The notes beneath the pieces were generated by a model. It worked only from the letters and a program-made list of their open reading frames with translations. It had not been told where the DNA came from and did not search any database. The translations under genes were made by a program, and so were the position numbers. A stretch of 24,212 bases of DNA from Candidatus Hadarchaeales archaeon (GTDB lineage Archaea > Hadarchaeota > Hadarchaeia > Hadarchaeales > Hadarchaeaceae): NCBI GenBank assembly GCA_038851565.1, contig JAWCKV010000010.1:1-24212 (forward strand), read 5' to 3'. This document shows, piece after piece, positions 8,795-17,867 of the stretch (position 1 is its first letter; each line of letters opens with the position of its first letter).

Positions 8795-9914
8795 CCTTTA
8801 CGCCCTCCAGGAAATTTTTCACGGACGCAGGATCAAAGCCGTCGAACTTCAGCCGGTAGATTGCGCGGAGCATTTTGATCTCGTTCTCCTTCTGGACGAT
8901 GTACGAGATCGCCGGGGCCACTGTGAAGAACCTTGTCATGCCGAGCCACCTGAACTTATGCACGATCCACCTGTCAAGCGCAGCTTCAGCAGCCGTGGCG
9001 CCTCCGGCGGCAATTTCACCGGAAGATTCGAGCAGGACCCTCCCCACTTCCGTTATGTGAATCATATTTATTGCCGAGGAAAGGTCGTCGGACATCACCA
9101 TCGCGCGGAGCATCTCTTCGTTTAGCTCGAAAGACGGCCTTATGAGGTGCCTCTCTATGTCCTCGGGAGCCGCGCGCTCCTGCTTTAGCCTGAGTATCGT
9201 CTTCACGTTGATACAGTCGATCTCTTGCCCGATCATCATCTTCAGCACCTTCCTCTGGTCCCGCCTCCCGACCACGTCGTGCCAGAGCGAGGACCAGTAC
9301 TGCCTGTCGAGCGCCAGCAGCAGCGCCCTGAGCCCTCTCTTTTCATATTCCTCCATGGCCCCGGAGATCGCTTTGTGGTACCGGCTGCCTTTCAGGTATT
9401 CCATGAGCTCCTCCATGTTCTTTGCGGATGCCAGGATCTCCAGCCTGTCAGCGGGAGTGGTTGGTGACGGGATGAGTTCTTCCTTTCTTCTCTCGACTGG
9501 AAAGCCTGACAGAATCATCGATATTATCGCCTTCAGGTTCCAGACATCGATCCTCGACAGAACCATCCTCACGGTTTCCATGCGGCCCTCGGGCAACATT
9601 CTGAGCAGCTCTCTGTACTTCTCGTTTGCATTCTCGCGCAGGGCCATCTCCAGGTGAATGGGGTCGTTGAGTCCGCTCTTTCTCAGCTCCGCGACCTGCT
9701 TTCCGTAATCGGTTTCCTCCAGCGCGGAAAGCACAGCGTCAGGCGACTGGGCCTCAGCCAGCTCCATAAGCCTGGATTCCGGAATTAGCCTTCCCTCCCA
9801 GGCGCTGAGCGTGGCGTTGCAGAACACGTACGGCATGGAGCGCCTTGTCAGCAGGAGAAAGACGACGAACAGCGCCCCGGTAAGCGCCAGTATGAGAACT
9901 GGAACCTCAATCAT
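8784..9914 (-). CDS. atpC: A-type ATP synthase subunit C, with a hydrophobic N-terminal extension
   Basis: 'YVFCNA', 'LEETDYG', 'DVWNLKAI', 'EIDCINVKTILR', 'KENEIKMLR'. Confidence 0.9.
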   Translation of the reverse strand: MIEVPVLILALTGALFVVFLLLTRRSMPYVFCNATLSAWEGRLIPESRLMELAEAQSPDAVLSALEETDYGKQVAELRKSGLNDPIHLEMALRENANEKYRELLRMLPEGRMETVRMVLSRIDVWNLKAIISMILSGFPVERRKEELIPSPTTPADRLEILASAKNMEELMEYLKGSRYHKAISGAMEEYEKRGLRALLLALDRQYWSSLWHDVVGRRDQRKVLKMMIGQEIDCINVKTILRLKQERAAPEDIERHLIRPSFELNEEMLRAMVMSDDLSSAINMIHITEVGRVLLESSGEIAAGGATAAEAALDRWIVHKFRWLGMTRFFTVAPAISYIVQKENEIKMLRAIYRLKFDGFDPASVKNFLEGVKVEV

Positions 9915-10524
9915 CTAAATCCTTGAAAAGAGTTTCTGCCACCTTTATCCTCAGGTTGCCAATCTCCCGCTCGAGCTTCCCCTCAAAGGTCTCGTCCACC
10001 TCAACCCTGAGCGCGGGAGCGATCACCCTGAAACCCCCTGTGACATTCATCTGCTCTCCGACGCTGATCGACGCGCCTGTCTCCCTCTCCACGTTCTTCC
10101 TCTCTCTCTCGATGATCTCAAGGTCCCGCCTGTTGGCCCTTACCACGACTTCCTTTGCGCCAAGGTTCGAAATTGCTCTCTTCAGATTCCTGATCAGCCC
10201 GTCCTCATACTTCCTGGTCTTCACGTGCTCGATCAGTTTCCCCCTTGCCCTGCTGAACGCGGCCTCTATCAGTTCCTCTTTTCTTCTGAGAAGGTTTCTC
10301 CTCGCCCTCAGCCTGCCCTCTGAGATCATGGCCTCCAGCTCAGCCCGTCCCTTTCCCTCCGCTTCCTTCAGCCTTGCCTCCTCAATTTCCCTCGCGCTTA
10401 TCATGACGTTCTCGTGCTCGGCCTCGGCCTCCTTCCTGGCTTCATCCAGAATTCGCTCCGCTTCCTCTCTTGCCTCCCTTATTATCTCCTCGGCTATCCG
10501 CTGTGATCCTCTTATGGCTTGCAG
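9907..10524 (-). CDS. atpE: A-type ATP synthase subunit E (205 aa if started at CTG)
   Basis: 'GSQRIAEEIIREAREEAERI' N-terminal helix, 'GGF...VDETFE'; RBS GGAGGCGG 4 nt before CTG 10524. The ORF-track extension to 10755 overlaps atpK and is spurious. Confidence 0.9.
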   Translation of the reverse strand: MQAIRGSQRIAEEIIREAREEAERILDEARKEAEAEHENVMISAREIEEARLKEAEGKGRAELEAMISEGRLRARRNLLRRKEELIEAAFSRARGKLIEHVKTRKYEDGLIRNLKRAISNLGAKEVVVRANRRDLEIIERERKNVERETGASISVGEQMNVTGGFRVIAPALRVEVDETFEGKLEREIGNLRIKVAETLFKDLDD

Positions 10525-10535
10525 AGGACCGCCTC

Positions 10536-11009
10536 CTAGATCGCGCCTATGCTGGTGAGCAAGAGTATCGTGGCGAGCAGGCCGAGAATCGCGTATAGCT
10601 CGACCATGACTATATACAGCATTCCCTGGGAGAAGACCTCGGGCCGCTTCGCGATCGCCCCCACTCCGGCGGTGGCGACCATGCCCTGGGCGTATGAGGT
10701 TATGCCCTGCAGTATGGCCGGTATCGCTGCGGCGAGGACGCCGAGTCCGAGCCATGGTTTGTCGGAAAGGCTGGCTGCGACCGTGGGATACGCGACGAAC
10801 ATTATCAGGAACCCGGCCACAAATCCGTATATCCCTTGGGTTCCCGGCATCACCTGGTAGACGAAGAGCTTTGAGAATTTTTTCGGGTCCTCGGCTGAAA
10901 CCGCGGCTGCCGCGACTCCTGTCATTCCAACACCGAGCGCCGCGAATATTCCGGGCACCGCCACCGCAAGACCGGCGGCGACAACGATCCAGACCTCTTC
11001 ACCAGGCAA
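10536..11009 (-). CDS. atpK: A-type ATP synthase subunit K (c), double-hairpin proteolipid, TTG start
   Basis: Four hydrophobic helices; 'PGTQGIYGF', 'SYAQG', 'MVELYAILG'. Confidence 0.95.
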   Translation of the reverse strand: MPGEEVWIVVAAGLAVAVPGIFAALGVGMTGVAAAAVSAEDPKKFSKLFVYQVMPGTQGIYGFVAGFLIMFVAYPTVAASLSDKPWLGLGVLAAAIPAILQGITSYAQGMVATAGVGAIAKRPEVFSQGMLYIVMVELYAILGLLATILLLTSIGAI

Positions 11010-13041
11010 GCGATTTACCCCCTGCTACCCTCGTGAAAATCCTCTTCGCCTTAAACGGTTTAAATTCTTCCCCTCCGCCCTCATAAAACTTGCTGAAGAA
11101 CTCCGCGAAGTGCAGCCTCAGCGTGTGCACGAACGCACCGAGTGAGTTCAGGAATATGTTGAACGAGTGAGCGATGAAGAACATCAGCCCGAATACGACC
11201 GCCAGCACGCAAAGGTAGATCGCGGTCAGAGGGTTTATCTCGGACGGAGCGACCCCGCCCCACATGAATCCGAGTATAAAGTTTATGGAGAACGCTATGA
11301 CTCCGCTCGCTATGCACAGGGCCAGGAGCCTGCAGTACGATGTGACATCGGCTATCAGTCCGGTTATCCCGTATATCGAGTTGATGGCCCCCCCTATCTT
11401 CCCTCTGGCTCCGGTCCCGCCTATGAGCGCGCCCGCCACACCGAGCGCGAGTCCCGAGTAAAGCATCAGCCTGAATACGTTTACGGTGAGGGGGGCTGGT
11501 GAGACAGGGTTGAACGCCTCGAAGAGCCCGACCTTGGGAAAAGCGAAGTTTATGCCGAATTCCTGGAGCCCTATTCCGAGCACGCAGAACCCGAGCCCGA
11601 AGAATCCCACGAGCAGGAGGACCTTTGAAATTCTGTCAAAGACAATGTTCCTCCAGTTTCTGGCGAAGGCGTCCCTTAGCGCACCGGTGAGCCCTATGCC
11701 GAGCAGCAGGTGCGCAATACCTATGAATATGCTGAGCTTCAGCAGCGGTATCGGTCTCTCGATCGGGTTCACCCAGAGGCCCGGGATCAGCCCGAAGCAC
11801 CCCCCGAAAAGGATTCCTGCCACAACGGTGCACGCCCCCGAGATAATCATGATCCTCCTCAGATCGGCCGGAAACGCTCTGGCGATCCACACACCAGATG
11901 CCATGAATATCCCCAGCAGGAGACCGTATCCCGCGTCCGAAAGAGCGATGGCGAAGAATATCGGAAACGTGAAGCTCAGCACGGGAGTGGGGTCGACCTC
12001 ACTGTACTTTGGAGGGCCGTACATCTTGGTGATGTATTCAAAGTTCCTGATCGGTCCGCGGTTATCGAGTCTGGACGGAACCGCCTCCAGCTCTTCCTCC
12101 GATGGATCGTAAGACACCAGAACGTATCTTCCGCCGCTTGCCTCCGCCGCAATGCGCTCCACCGTGTCGAGGTTCTTTTCAGGGACCCATCCCTCCATCA
12201 CCACAGTGTGCTCCGTGCCTGCGAAGAGCCTGTGCGCTTCCAGTCTCTCCCTCTGAATCTCCAGCAGCTCCCTAACGGCGGATATTCTGCGACCGTACGA
12301 TTTAGCGAGCCTGCCGATCTTTCTGTCGATCTCCTTCCTCAGCAGTTCAGTTTCGCGCAGCGTTTTCTCGATCTCGCGCGCCAGTTCTGCCGGGGGCGCT
12401 TCTCCTTCAGGGATGTCAAGCAGTTCCACCTCGTGCCTGTAGAGCAGCGGAGATATCTTTTCCCTGTCACTGGCTAGGCAGACGATCAGAACAAGTCTTC
12501 TCCTGCCGTGCCCGAAGTCCTGAAATATCACGCGTTCTGAGAGGGCCGAGTCCAGATCCCGCCGGAGTTCCTCCAGGCTTTCCTCCGCAACGTTCCCAAC
12601 AGCGACCCAGACTCTTTTCGTGGGACGGAGATATTTCAGCTCCACCCCCACCTCCGTGATTTTACGGGCAGCATCGAGCCTTGCGTTCAGCTCGGCCTTC
12701 TTCCTTTCAAGAGCCCCGATCTTCTCCTTGAGCGCGGATATCTCAGGGCCGACCTTGCCTTCCAGTTTTCTGGCGATCTCCAGGCTTCCGGAGAGCCCCC
12801 TGTCAGTGACCGGCAGCGGTTTGCTCCCATCGCCCCCGACGACCGCCTCCATCTCCCTGAACCTGGAGAGCAGAGATGATATCTCATCAAATTTCTCGCT
12901 GATGGTCATCCTGTCGAGCCCGGGCTCCGATATCTCCTTCAGCTGGACCACACCTGCATCGTGAAGCGCCCCGATCACGCCTCCGCTGTCGCTTTTCAGA
13001 AAAACTAGCCTCACCTTTCGCATCCTTGCGGTCCTGAACGT
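10999..13041 (-). CDS. atpI: A-type ATP synthase subunit I (a); start either ACG 13041 or ATG 13023
   Basis: 'MEGWVP', 'YGPPKYSEVDPT', 'SDAGYG', 'SYCRLLAL' (essential Arg), 'HTLRLHFAEFFSKFYEGGG'. Confidence 0.95.
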   Translation of the reverse strand, partial: TFRTARMRKVRLVFLKSDSGGVIGALHDAGVVQLKEISEPGLDRMTISEKFDEISSLLSRFREMEAVVGGDGSKPLPVTDRGLSGSLEIARKLEGKVGPEISALKEKIGALERKKAELNARLDAARKITEVGVELKYLRPTKRVWVAVGNVAEESLEELRRDLDSALSERVIFQDFGHGRRRLVLIVCLASDREKISPLLYRHEVELLDIPEGEAPPAELAREIEKTLRETELLRKEIDRKIGRLAKSYGRRISAVRELLEIQRERLEAHRLFAGTEHTVVMEGWVPEKNLDTVERIAAEASGGRYVLVSYDPSEEELEAVPSRLDNRGPIRNFEYITKMYGPPKYSEVDPTPVLSFTFPIFFAIALSDAGYGLLLGIFMASGVWIARAFPADLRRIMIISGACTVVAGILFGGCFGLIPGLWVNPIERPIPLLKLSIFIGIAHLLLGIGLTGALRDAFARNWRNIVFDRISKVLLLVGFFGLGFCVLGIGLQEFGINFAFPKVGLFEAFNPVSPAPLTVNVFRLMLYSGLALGVAGALIGGTGARGKIGGAINSIYGITGLIADVTSYCRLLALCIASGVIAFSINFILGFMWGGVAPSEINPLTAIYLCVLAVVFGLMFFIAHSFNIFLNSLGAFVHTLRLHFAEFFSKFYEGGGEEFKPFKAKRIFTRVAGGKSLAW

Positions 13042-13045
13042 TTCA

Positions 13046-13357
13046 TCACCCCGTTACCGCATCGAGTATGATCCCGACCGCCGCCTCCATGTTTTTTGCG
13101 GCGGCTTTCTCGACCTCTTTCATTCTCCGCTCCGCGTCCTCCTCAATTTTCCTCACCTCGTCCGCGCCGCGCTTTCTGTAACTTTCCATGATGTCAGATG
13201 CTTTTCTCTCAGCCTTTTTTTCAGCGTCCTTTCTCGCATGCTCGGCCTCACGCCTCGCTGACTCGATCATCATCTGCGCCTTTCTTCTCGCGGATTGCAG
13301 AATCAGCCTCGCCCGCTCCTCAGCCTCAAAAACAGCACCAAGGGCTTCCCTGACCAT
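13046..13357 (-). CDS. atpH: A-type ATP synthase subunit H (peripheral stalk)
   Basis: 103-aa charged coiled coil 'EAEERA...ARREAE...AVGIILDAV' immediately upstream of atpI. Confidence 0.85.
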   Translation of the reverse strand: MVREALGAVFEAEERARLILQSARRKAQMMIESARREAEHARKDAEKKAERKASDIMESYRKRGADEVRKIEEDAERRMKEVEKAAAKNMEAAVGIILDAVTG

Positions 13358-13443
13358 CTCCCTCCCTAACCCCCATCTCCCGGAAGATAAAAAAGTATAT
13401 TCGCCGACTGCTTAACAGTTAAAGAGCTGAAGGAGGCGGCTGC
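13358..13443. promoter_or_regulatory. Divergent atpH/atpA promoter region
   Basis: 86 bp with AAAAAAGTATATT, palindrome TTAAC-A-GTTAA (13412-13422) and RBS GGAGGCGG (13432-13439). Confidence 0.65.
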
Positions 13444-15201
13444 TTGGGAAGAATAGTGAGGGTAACCGGACCTGTTGTGATCGCGGAAGGGATGAAAGGC
13501 TCAACGATGTACGAGCTGGTGAGGGTTGGTGAGGAGGGGCTGATGGGGGAGATCATAGGGCTTCAGGAGGACAGGGCGACGATTCAGGTGTACGAGGAGA
13601 CCACCGGGATAAAGCCGGGAGAGAAGGTCGCGGGGACGGGCAGGCCCCTATCGGTCGAACTCGGTCCCGGGCTGATAGGCTCCATATACGACGGGACGCA
13701 GAGACCGCTCACCGCAATAATGGAGCAGACCGGTGAGTTCATAAGGAGAGGTGTGTCCGCTCCCGCGCTTCCGAGGGACAGGAAGTGGGATTTCGTACCG
13801 GTGGTCAGGAAGGGAGCGGAGGTGAAATCGGGCGATGTTCTCGGAACAGTCAGGGAGAACAGGATAATCGATCACAGAATAATGGTCCCTCCGGGCGAGG
13901 AGGGCAGAATTGTCGAGATAAACGATGGAAAGCTTGGAGTTGAGGAGACCGCCGCGGTCATCGAGGGAGGCAGCGGAAAGAGAGAGATAGGGATGATGCA
14001 GGTGTGGCCGGTGAGAAAGCCGAGGCCTTACCAAGAGAAGCTGAGCACCGACGAGCCGCTGCTGACCGGGCAGAGGGTCGCAGATATTTTCTTCCCGATA
14101 GTGAAGGGGGGGACGGCTGCGATACCCGGAGGATTCGGCAGCGGAAAAACCGTGTTTCTGCAGACTCTCGCGAAGTGGGCAGACTCGGACGTTGTTGTCT
14201 ACGTCGGGTGCGGTGAGAGGGGCAATGAGATGTGCGATGTGCTCACGCAGTTTCCGAGACTCAAGGATCCGAGGAGCGGTCATCCGTTGATGGACAGGAC
14301 GACCCTGATAGCCAACACCTCGAACATGCCGGTGGCTGCGAGGGAGGCCAGCATATACACGGGCGTGACTATCGCGGAGTACTTCAGGGATATGGGCTAC
14401 CACGTTGCGCTGATGGCTGACTCGACCTCGAGGTGGGCGGAGGCGATGAGGGAGATCTCCGGAAGGCTGGAGGAGATGCCCGGAGAGGAGGGATTCCCCG
14501 CGTATCTCGCCTCAAGACTTGCGGAGTTCTACGAGAGGGCCGGGATGGTCAAGGCGCTCGGGTCGGACGGGAGGACCGGATCCCTCACAGTCATGGGCGC
14601 GGTGTCTCCTCCGGGAGGTGATTTTTCCGAGCCGGTAACGCAGAACACGCTGAGGATAGTGAAGGTGTTCTGGGCGCTGGATTCTTCACTCGCTGACAGG
14701 CGCCACTTCCCCGCGATCCATTGGCTCACGAGCTACTCTCTTTACGTGGAGTCTCTGGCCGGCTGGTGGATGAAGAAAATGAAAGAGGACTGGAAGGCAA
14801 TGCGCGAGGAATCCATGGCGATGCTGCAGAAGGAGGCCGAGCTCGAGGAAATAGTGAGACTGGTCGGACCTGACGCTCTGCCTGAGCCTGACAGGGCGGT
14901 GCTGGAATCCGCGAGGATGATGCGCGAGGACTTTCTCCAGCAGTTCGCCCTGCACGAGGTCGACAGCTACTGTCCGGTTCAGAAGCAGATCGGGATGCTC
15001 AGGATCGTGCTCACGTTTTACAGGAGATCGGTGGACGCCGCGAGGAGGGGGGTTCCGGTGGAGAAAATACAGAGGATGAAGGTCAAGGAGGAGATAGCAG
15101 GCATGAAGAGGCTGAGGCCGGAAGAATTCTCGAAGAGGTGTCCCGCCATCGAGAGGATGATGAACGAGGAGTTTGACTCGCTGCTGGGTGAGAGGAAATG
15201 A
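13444..15201 (+). CDS. atpA: A-type ATP synthase catalytic subunit A (TTG start, no intein)
   Basis: Walker A 'GGFGSGKT', 'GCGERGNE', '[14 protein letters not shown]', '[11 protein letters not shown]'. Confidence 0.98.
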   Translation: MGRIVRVTGPVVIAEGMKGSTMYELVRVGEEGLMGEIIGLQEDRATIQVYEETTGIKPGEKVAGTGRPLSVELGPGLIGSIYDGTQRPLTAIMEQTGEFIRRGVSAPALPRDRKWDFVPVVRKGAEVKSGDVLGTVRENRIIDHRIMVPPGEEGRIVEINDGKLGVEETAAVIEGGSGKREIGMMQVWPVRKPRPYQEKLSTDEPLLTGQRVADIFFPIVKGGTAAIPGGFGSGKTVFLQTLAKWADSDVVVYVGCGERGNEMCDVLTQFPRLKDPRSGHPLMDRTTLIANTSNMPVAAREASIYTGVTIAEYFRDMGYHVALMADSTSRWAEAMREISGRLEEMPGEEGFPAYLASRLAEFYERAGMVKALGSDGRTGSLTVMGAVSPPGGDFSEPVTQNTLRIVKVFWALDSSLADRRHFPAIHWLTSYSLYVESLAGWWMKKMKEDWKAMREESMAMLQKEAELEEIVRLVGPDALPEPDRAVLESARMMREDFLQQFALHEVDSYCPVQKQIGMLRIVLTFYRRSVDAARRGVPVEKIQRMKVKEEIAGMKRLRPEEFSKRCPAIERMMNEEFDSLLGERK

Positions 15202-16598
15202 GGGCCGTGGAATACCTGACAATCGGAAGGGTTTCTGGGCCGCTTATATTCGTGGAGGGGGTGAGCGGCGTTTCATACGGCGAGATGGTGGAGATATTCA
15301 CTCCGGACGGCGACGTAAAGCACGGACAGGTCCTTGACTCATACACAGACAGGGCCGTGGTTCAGGTCTACGAGGGCACGAGGGGCATAGACACGAAAAG
15401 CACGCGTGTCAGGTTCAGGGGCGAAACCGCAAAGTTCGGAGTTGGCGCGGAGCTGCTTGGCAGGATATTCAACGGGAGGGGTGACCCGATAGATGGCGGT
15501 CCCAGGCCGATTCCGGAGGACAACTGGGATGTCCACGGTTCTCCGATAAATCCTTACGCCAGGGAGTATCCGCGTGAGTTCATACAGACCGGAATCTCCG
15601 CGATAGACGGCATGAACACGCTGGTGAGGGGACAGAAGCTCCCCATTTTCTCGGGCTCCGGGCTCCCGCACAACATGCTGGCGGCGCAGATCGCCAGACA
15701 GGCAAGGGTTCTCGGGGAGGAGGAGAAGTTCTCGGTAGTGTTCGCCGGACTTGGCATAACCCATGAGGAGGCGGCCTTCTTCAGGAAGGAATTCGAGAGG
15801 ACCGGGGCGCTCGAGAGATCGGTGCTCTTCCTCAACCTCGCGAACGATCCGGCGATAGAGAGGATTCTCACTCCCAGGCTGGCGCTCACGGCGGCGGAGT
15901 ACCTCGCATTTGTCCAGGAAATGCACGTGCTGGTCATACTGGTCGACATGACGAACTACGCGGAGGCGCTCAGGGAGATCTCGGCCGCAAGGAGCGAGGT
16001 TCCGGGCAGGCGGGGATATCCGGGATACATGTACACGGACCTCGCGACGATATACGAGCGCGCCGGGAGAATCAGGGGCAAGAAGGGATCGATAACACAG
16101 ATGCCTGTTCTCACGATGCCTGGCGACGATATCACGCACCCGATCCCGGACCTCTCAGGATACATCACGGAAGGTCAGCTTGTTTTCGACAGGGAACTCC
16201 ACAGAAAGGGGGTTTACCCGCCGATCAACGTGCTGCCTTCCCTCTCCAGGTTGATGAAGGACGGGATAGGCGCGGGCAGGACCAGGGAGGACCACTCTGA
16301 CGTCTCGAACCAGCTCTACGCCGCGTATGCCGAGGGAAGGGACCTCAGGGCGCTGGTGGCGGTGGTGGGAGAGGAGGCGCTCACCGATCGAGACAGGCGC
16401 TACCTCGACTTCGCGGACAGGTTCGAGAGGGAGTTCGTGAAACAGGGCCCGGATGAGAACCGCTCGATAGAGATAACGCTGAACCTCGGCTGGGAGCTCC
16501 TGGCGACGCTTCCAGAGTCTGAGCTGAAGCGCGTTGATCCGAAGTTCATCGAAAGGTACCTGAAGCAGGCATACCACAAGCAGAACTCGGAGAGATGA
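15198..16598 (+). CDS. atpB: A-type ATP synthase subunit B
   Basis: '[16 protein letters not shown]', '[13 protein letters not shown]', '[14 protein letters not shown]'; ATGA overlap with atpA. Confidence 0.98.
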   Translation: MRAVEYLTIGRVSGPLIFVEGVSGVSYGEMVEIFTPDGDVKHGQVLDSYTDRAVVQVYEGTRGIDTKSTRVRFRGETAKFGVGAELLGRIFNGRGDPIDGGPRPIPEDNWDVHGSPINPYAREYPREFIQTGISAIDGMNTLVRGQKLPIFSGSGLPHNMLAAQIARQARVLGEEEKFSVVFAGLGITHEEAAFFRKEFERTGALERSVLFLNLANDPAIERILTPRLALTAAEYLAFVQEMHVLVILVDMTNYAEALREISAARSEVPGRRGYPGYMYTDLATIYERAGRIRGKKGSITQMPVLTMPGDDITHPIPDLSGYITEGQLVFDRELHRKGVYPPINVLPSLSRLMKDGIGAGRTREDHSDVSNQLYAAYAEGRDLRALVAVVGEEALTDRDRRYLDFADRFEREFVKQGPDENRSIEITLNLGWELLATLPESELKRVDPKFIERYLKQAYHKQNSER

Positions 16599-16601
16599 AA
16601 G

Positions 16602-16662
16602 CCGCGCTCGGAACTCAACATCCTCATCACGGTTCAGTGAAGCCAGGCTCCTCATCGCGCGG
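16602..16662 (-). ncRNA. Box C/D 2'-O-methylation guide sRNA
   Basis: Minus strand: CCGC-GCGAUGA(C)-GGAGCCUGGCUUCA-CUGA(D')-ACC-GUGAUGA(C')-GGAUGUUGAGUU-CCGA(D)-GCGCGG; complementary ends CCGCGC/GCGCGG; TTAAAG box at about 16681-16686 upstream. Confidence 0.85.
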
Positions 16663-16751
16663 TTTTAATTCATCGCGGAACTTTAAGAATCTGACCGGGT
16701 CAACGTTAATATGCGTCCCGACCAATTGAATGCTGAAATGAGGTGGCCTTC

Positions 16752-17867
16752 ATGCCCAAGTTCGTTGTCACCCCGTGGGAGGTGAAGGGGAGGGTGGACT
16801 ATGACAGGCTGATCAAGCAGTTCGGTACCAGAAAGATAGACAGCGCGCTTCTGAAGAGGGTTGAGAAATACACAGGGGGGCTGCACATGTTCCTGAGAAG
16901 GGGAATATTCTTCTCCCACAGGGACTTTGACTGGATACTGGACATGTACGATAAGGGAGAAAGGTTCTATCTCTACACGGGAAGGGGACCATCCGGGCAC
17001 ACGCACATAGGCCATCTCGTACCGTGGATTTTCACCAGGCACCTGCAGAAATCCTTCGACGCGGAGCTATACTTCCAGATGACCGACGATGAAAAGTTTC
17101 TGTTCAGGAGGGAGGTCTCAATCGAGGATGCTACTTCTTTCACCTACGAGAACGCGCTGGACGTTATAGCGTGCGGCTTCGAGAGGGGAAAAACGTTCAT
17201 ATTCTCAGACCTTGAGTACGCGAAGACCCTCTACAGGATGGCGGTGCAGGTCGCAAAGCACATCACGCTCTCCACGGCGAAGGCGGTCTTCGGCTTCACG
17301 AACGAGAACAACATAGGCACAATCTTCTTTCCGGCGGTTCAGGCGGCGCCCTGCTTCTTCCCGTCAGTGCTCAAGGGAAGAAACATGCCGTGCCTGATCC
17401 CGGCGGCCATAGATCAGGACCCTTACTGGAGGCCGAGCAGGGACGTGGCTCCGAAGCTGGGGTTCCACAAGCCTGCCCAGATCCACTGCAAGTTCATACC
17501 GGGGCTCGGGAAGGGTGGAAAGATGAGCGCCAGCGAGCCGGAAACATGCGTGTTCACGACGGATGTGCCCGAGGCCGCTGCCAGAAAGGTGATGAACGCG
17601 TTCACTGGAGGAAGGGGAACCGTGAAGGAGCAGAGGGAGAAGGGAGGGGAGCCAGATGTGTGCTCCGTCTACGGATACTTCTACTTCCTTTTCGAGGAGG
17701 ACGATGGCAAGCTCGAGGAGATTGAGAGAAAGTGCAGGAGCGGAGAGCTGATATGCGGCGAGTGCAAGGCTATTCTCGCGGAGAGGGTGAAGCGCTTCCT
17801 CGTTGAACATCAGAAGAGAAGGGAGAAGGCGAAGGATGTTGTTCAAGACTACATGCTCAAGGACTAG
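16752..17867 (+). CDS. trpS: Tryptophanyl-tRNA synthetase (archaeal/eukaryote-like)
   Basis: 'VVTPWEV', 'YTGRGPS', 'HIGH', 'IDQDPY', 'KMSAS'; RBS GAGGTG 6 nt before ATG 16752. Confidence 0.96.
   Translation: MPKFVVTPWEVKGRVDYDRLIKQFGTRKIDSALLKRVEKYTGGLHMFLRRGIFFSHRDFDWILDMYDKGERFYLYTGRGPSGHTHIGHLVPWIFTRHLQKSFDAELYFQMTDDEKFLFRREVSIEDATSFTYENALDVIACGFERGKTFIFSDLEYAKTLYRMAVQVAKHITLSTAKAVFGFTNENNIGTIFFPAVQAAPCFFPSVLKGRNMPCLIPAAIDQDPYWRPSRDVAPKLGFHKPAQIHCKFIPGLGKGGKMSASEPETCVFTTDVPEAAARKVMNAFTGGRGTVKEQREKGGEPDVCSVYGYFYFLFEEDDGKLEEIERKCRSGELICGECKAILAERVKRFLVEHQKRREKAKDVVQDYMLKD

Noticed and set aside
10525..10755. N-terminal 77 aa of the 282-aa ORF 9907..10755
   Set aside because: Overlaps atpK in another frame and has no subunit E character; artefact of requiring a canonical start.
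13444..15201. Possible intein in atpA, a common insertion site
   Set aside because: 585 aa with continuous Walker A region and no intein motifs.
3709..16139. Long antisense or alternate-frame ORFs (e.g. 3709..4467, 8448..9125, 9923..10558, 11710..12477, 13648..14403, 15339..16139)
   Set aside because: Shadows of well-supported genes in GC-rich coding DNA; no recognisable motifs.
16620..16680. Short TCATC(A/G)C repeats as a CRISPR or iteron array
   Set aside because: Two of the three are the C and C' boxes of the sRNA; no regular repeat-spacer structure and no cas genes.
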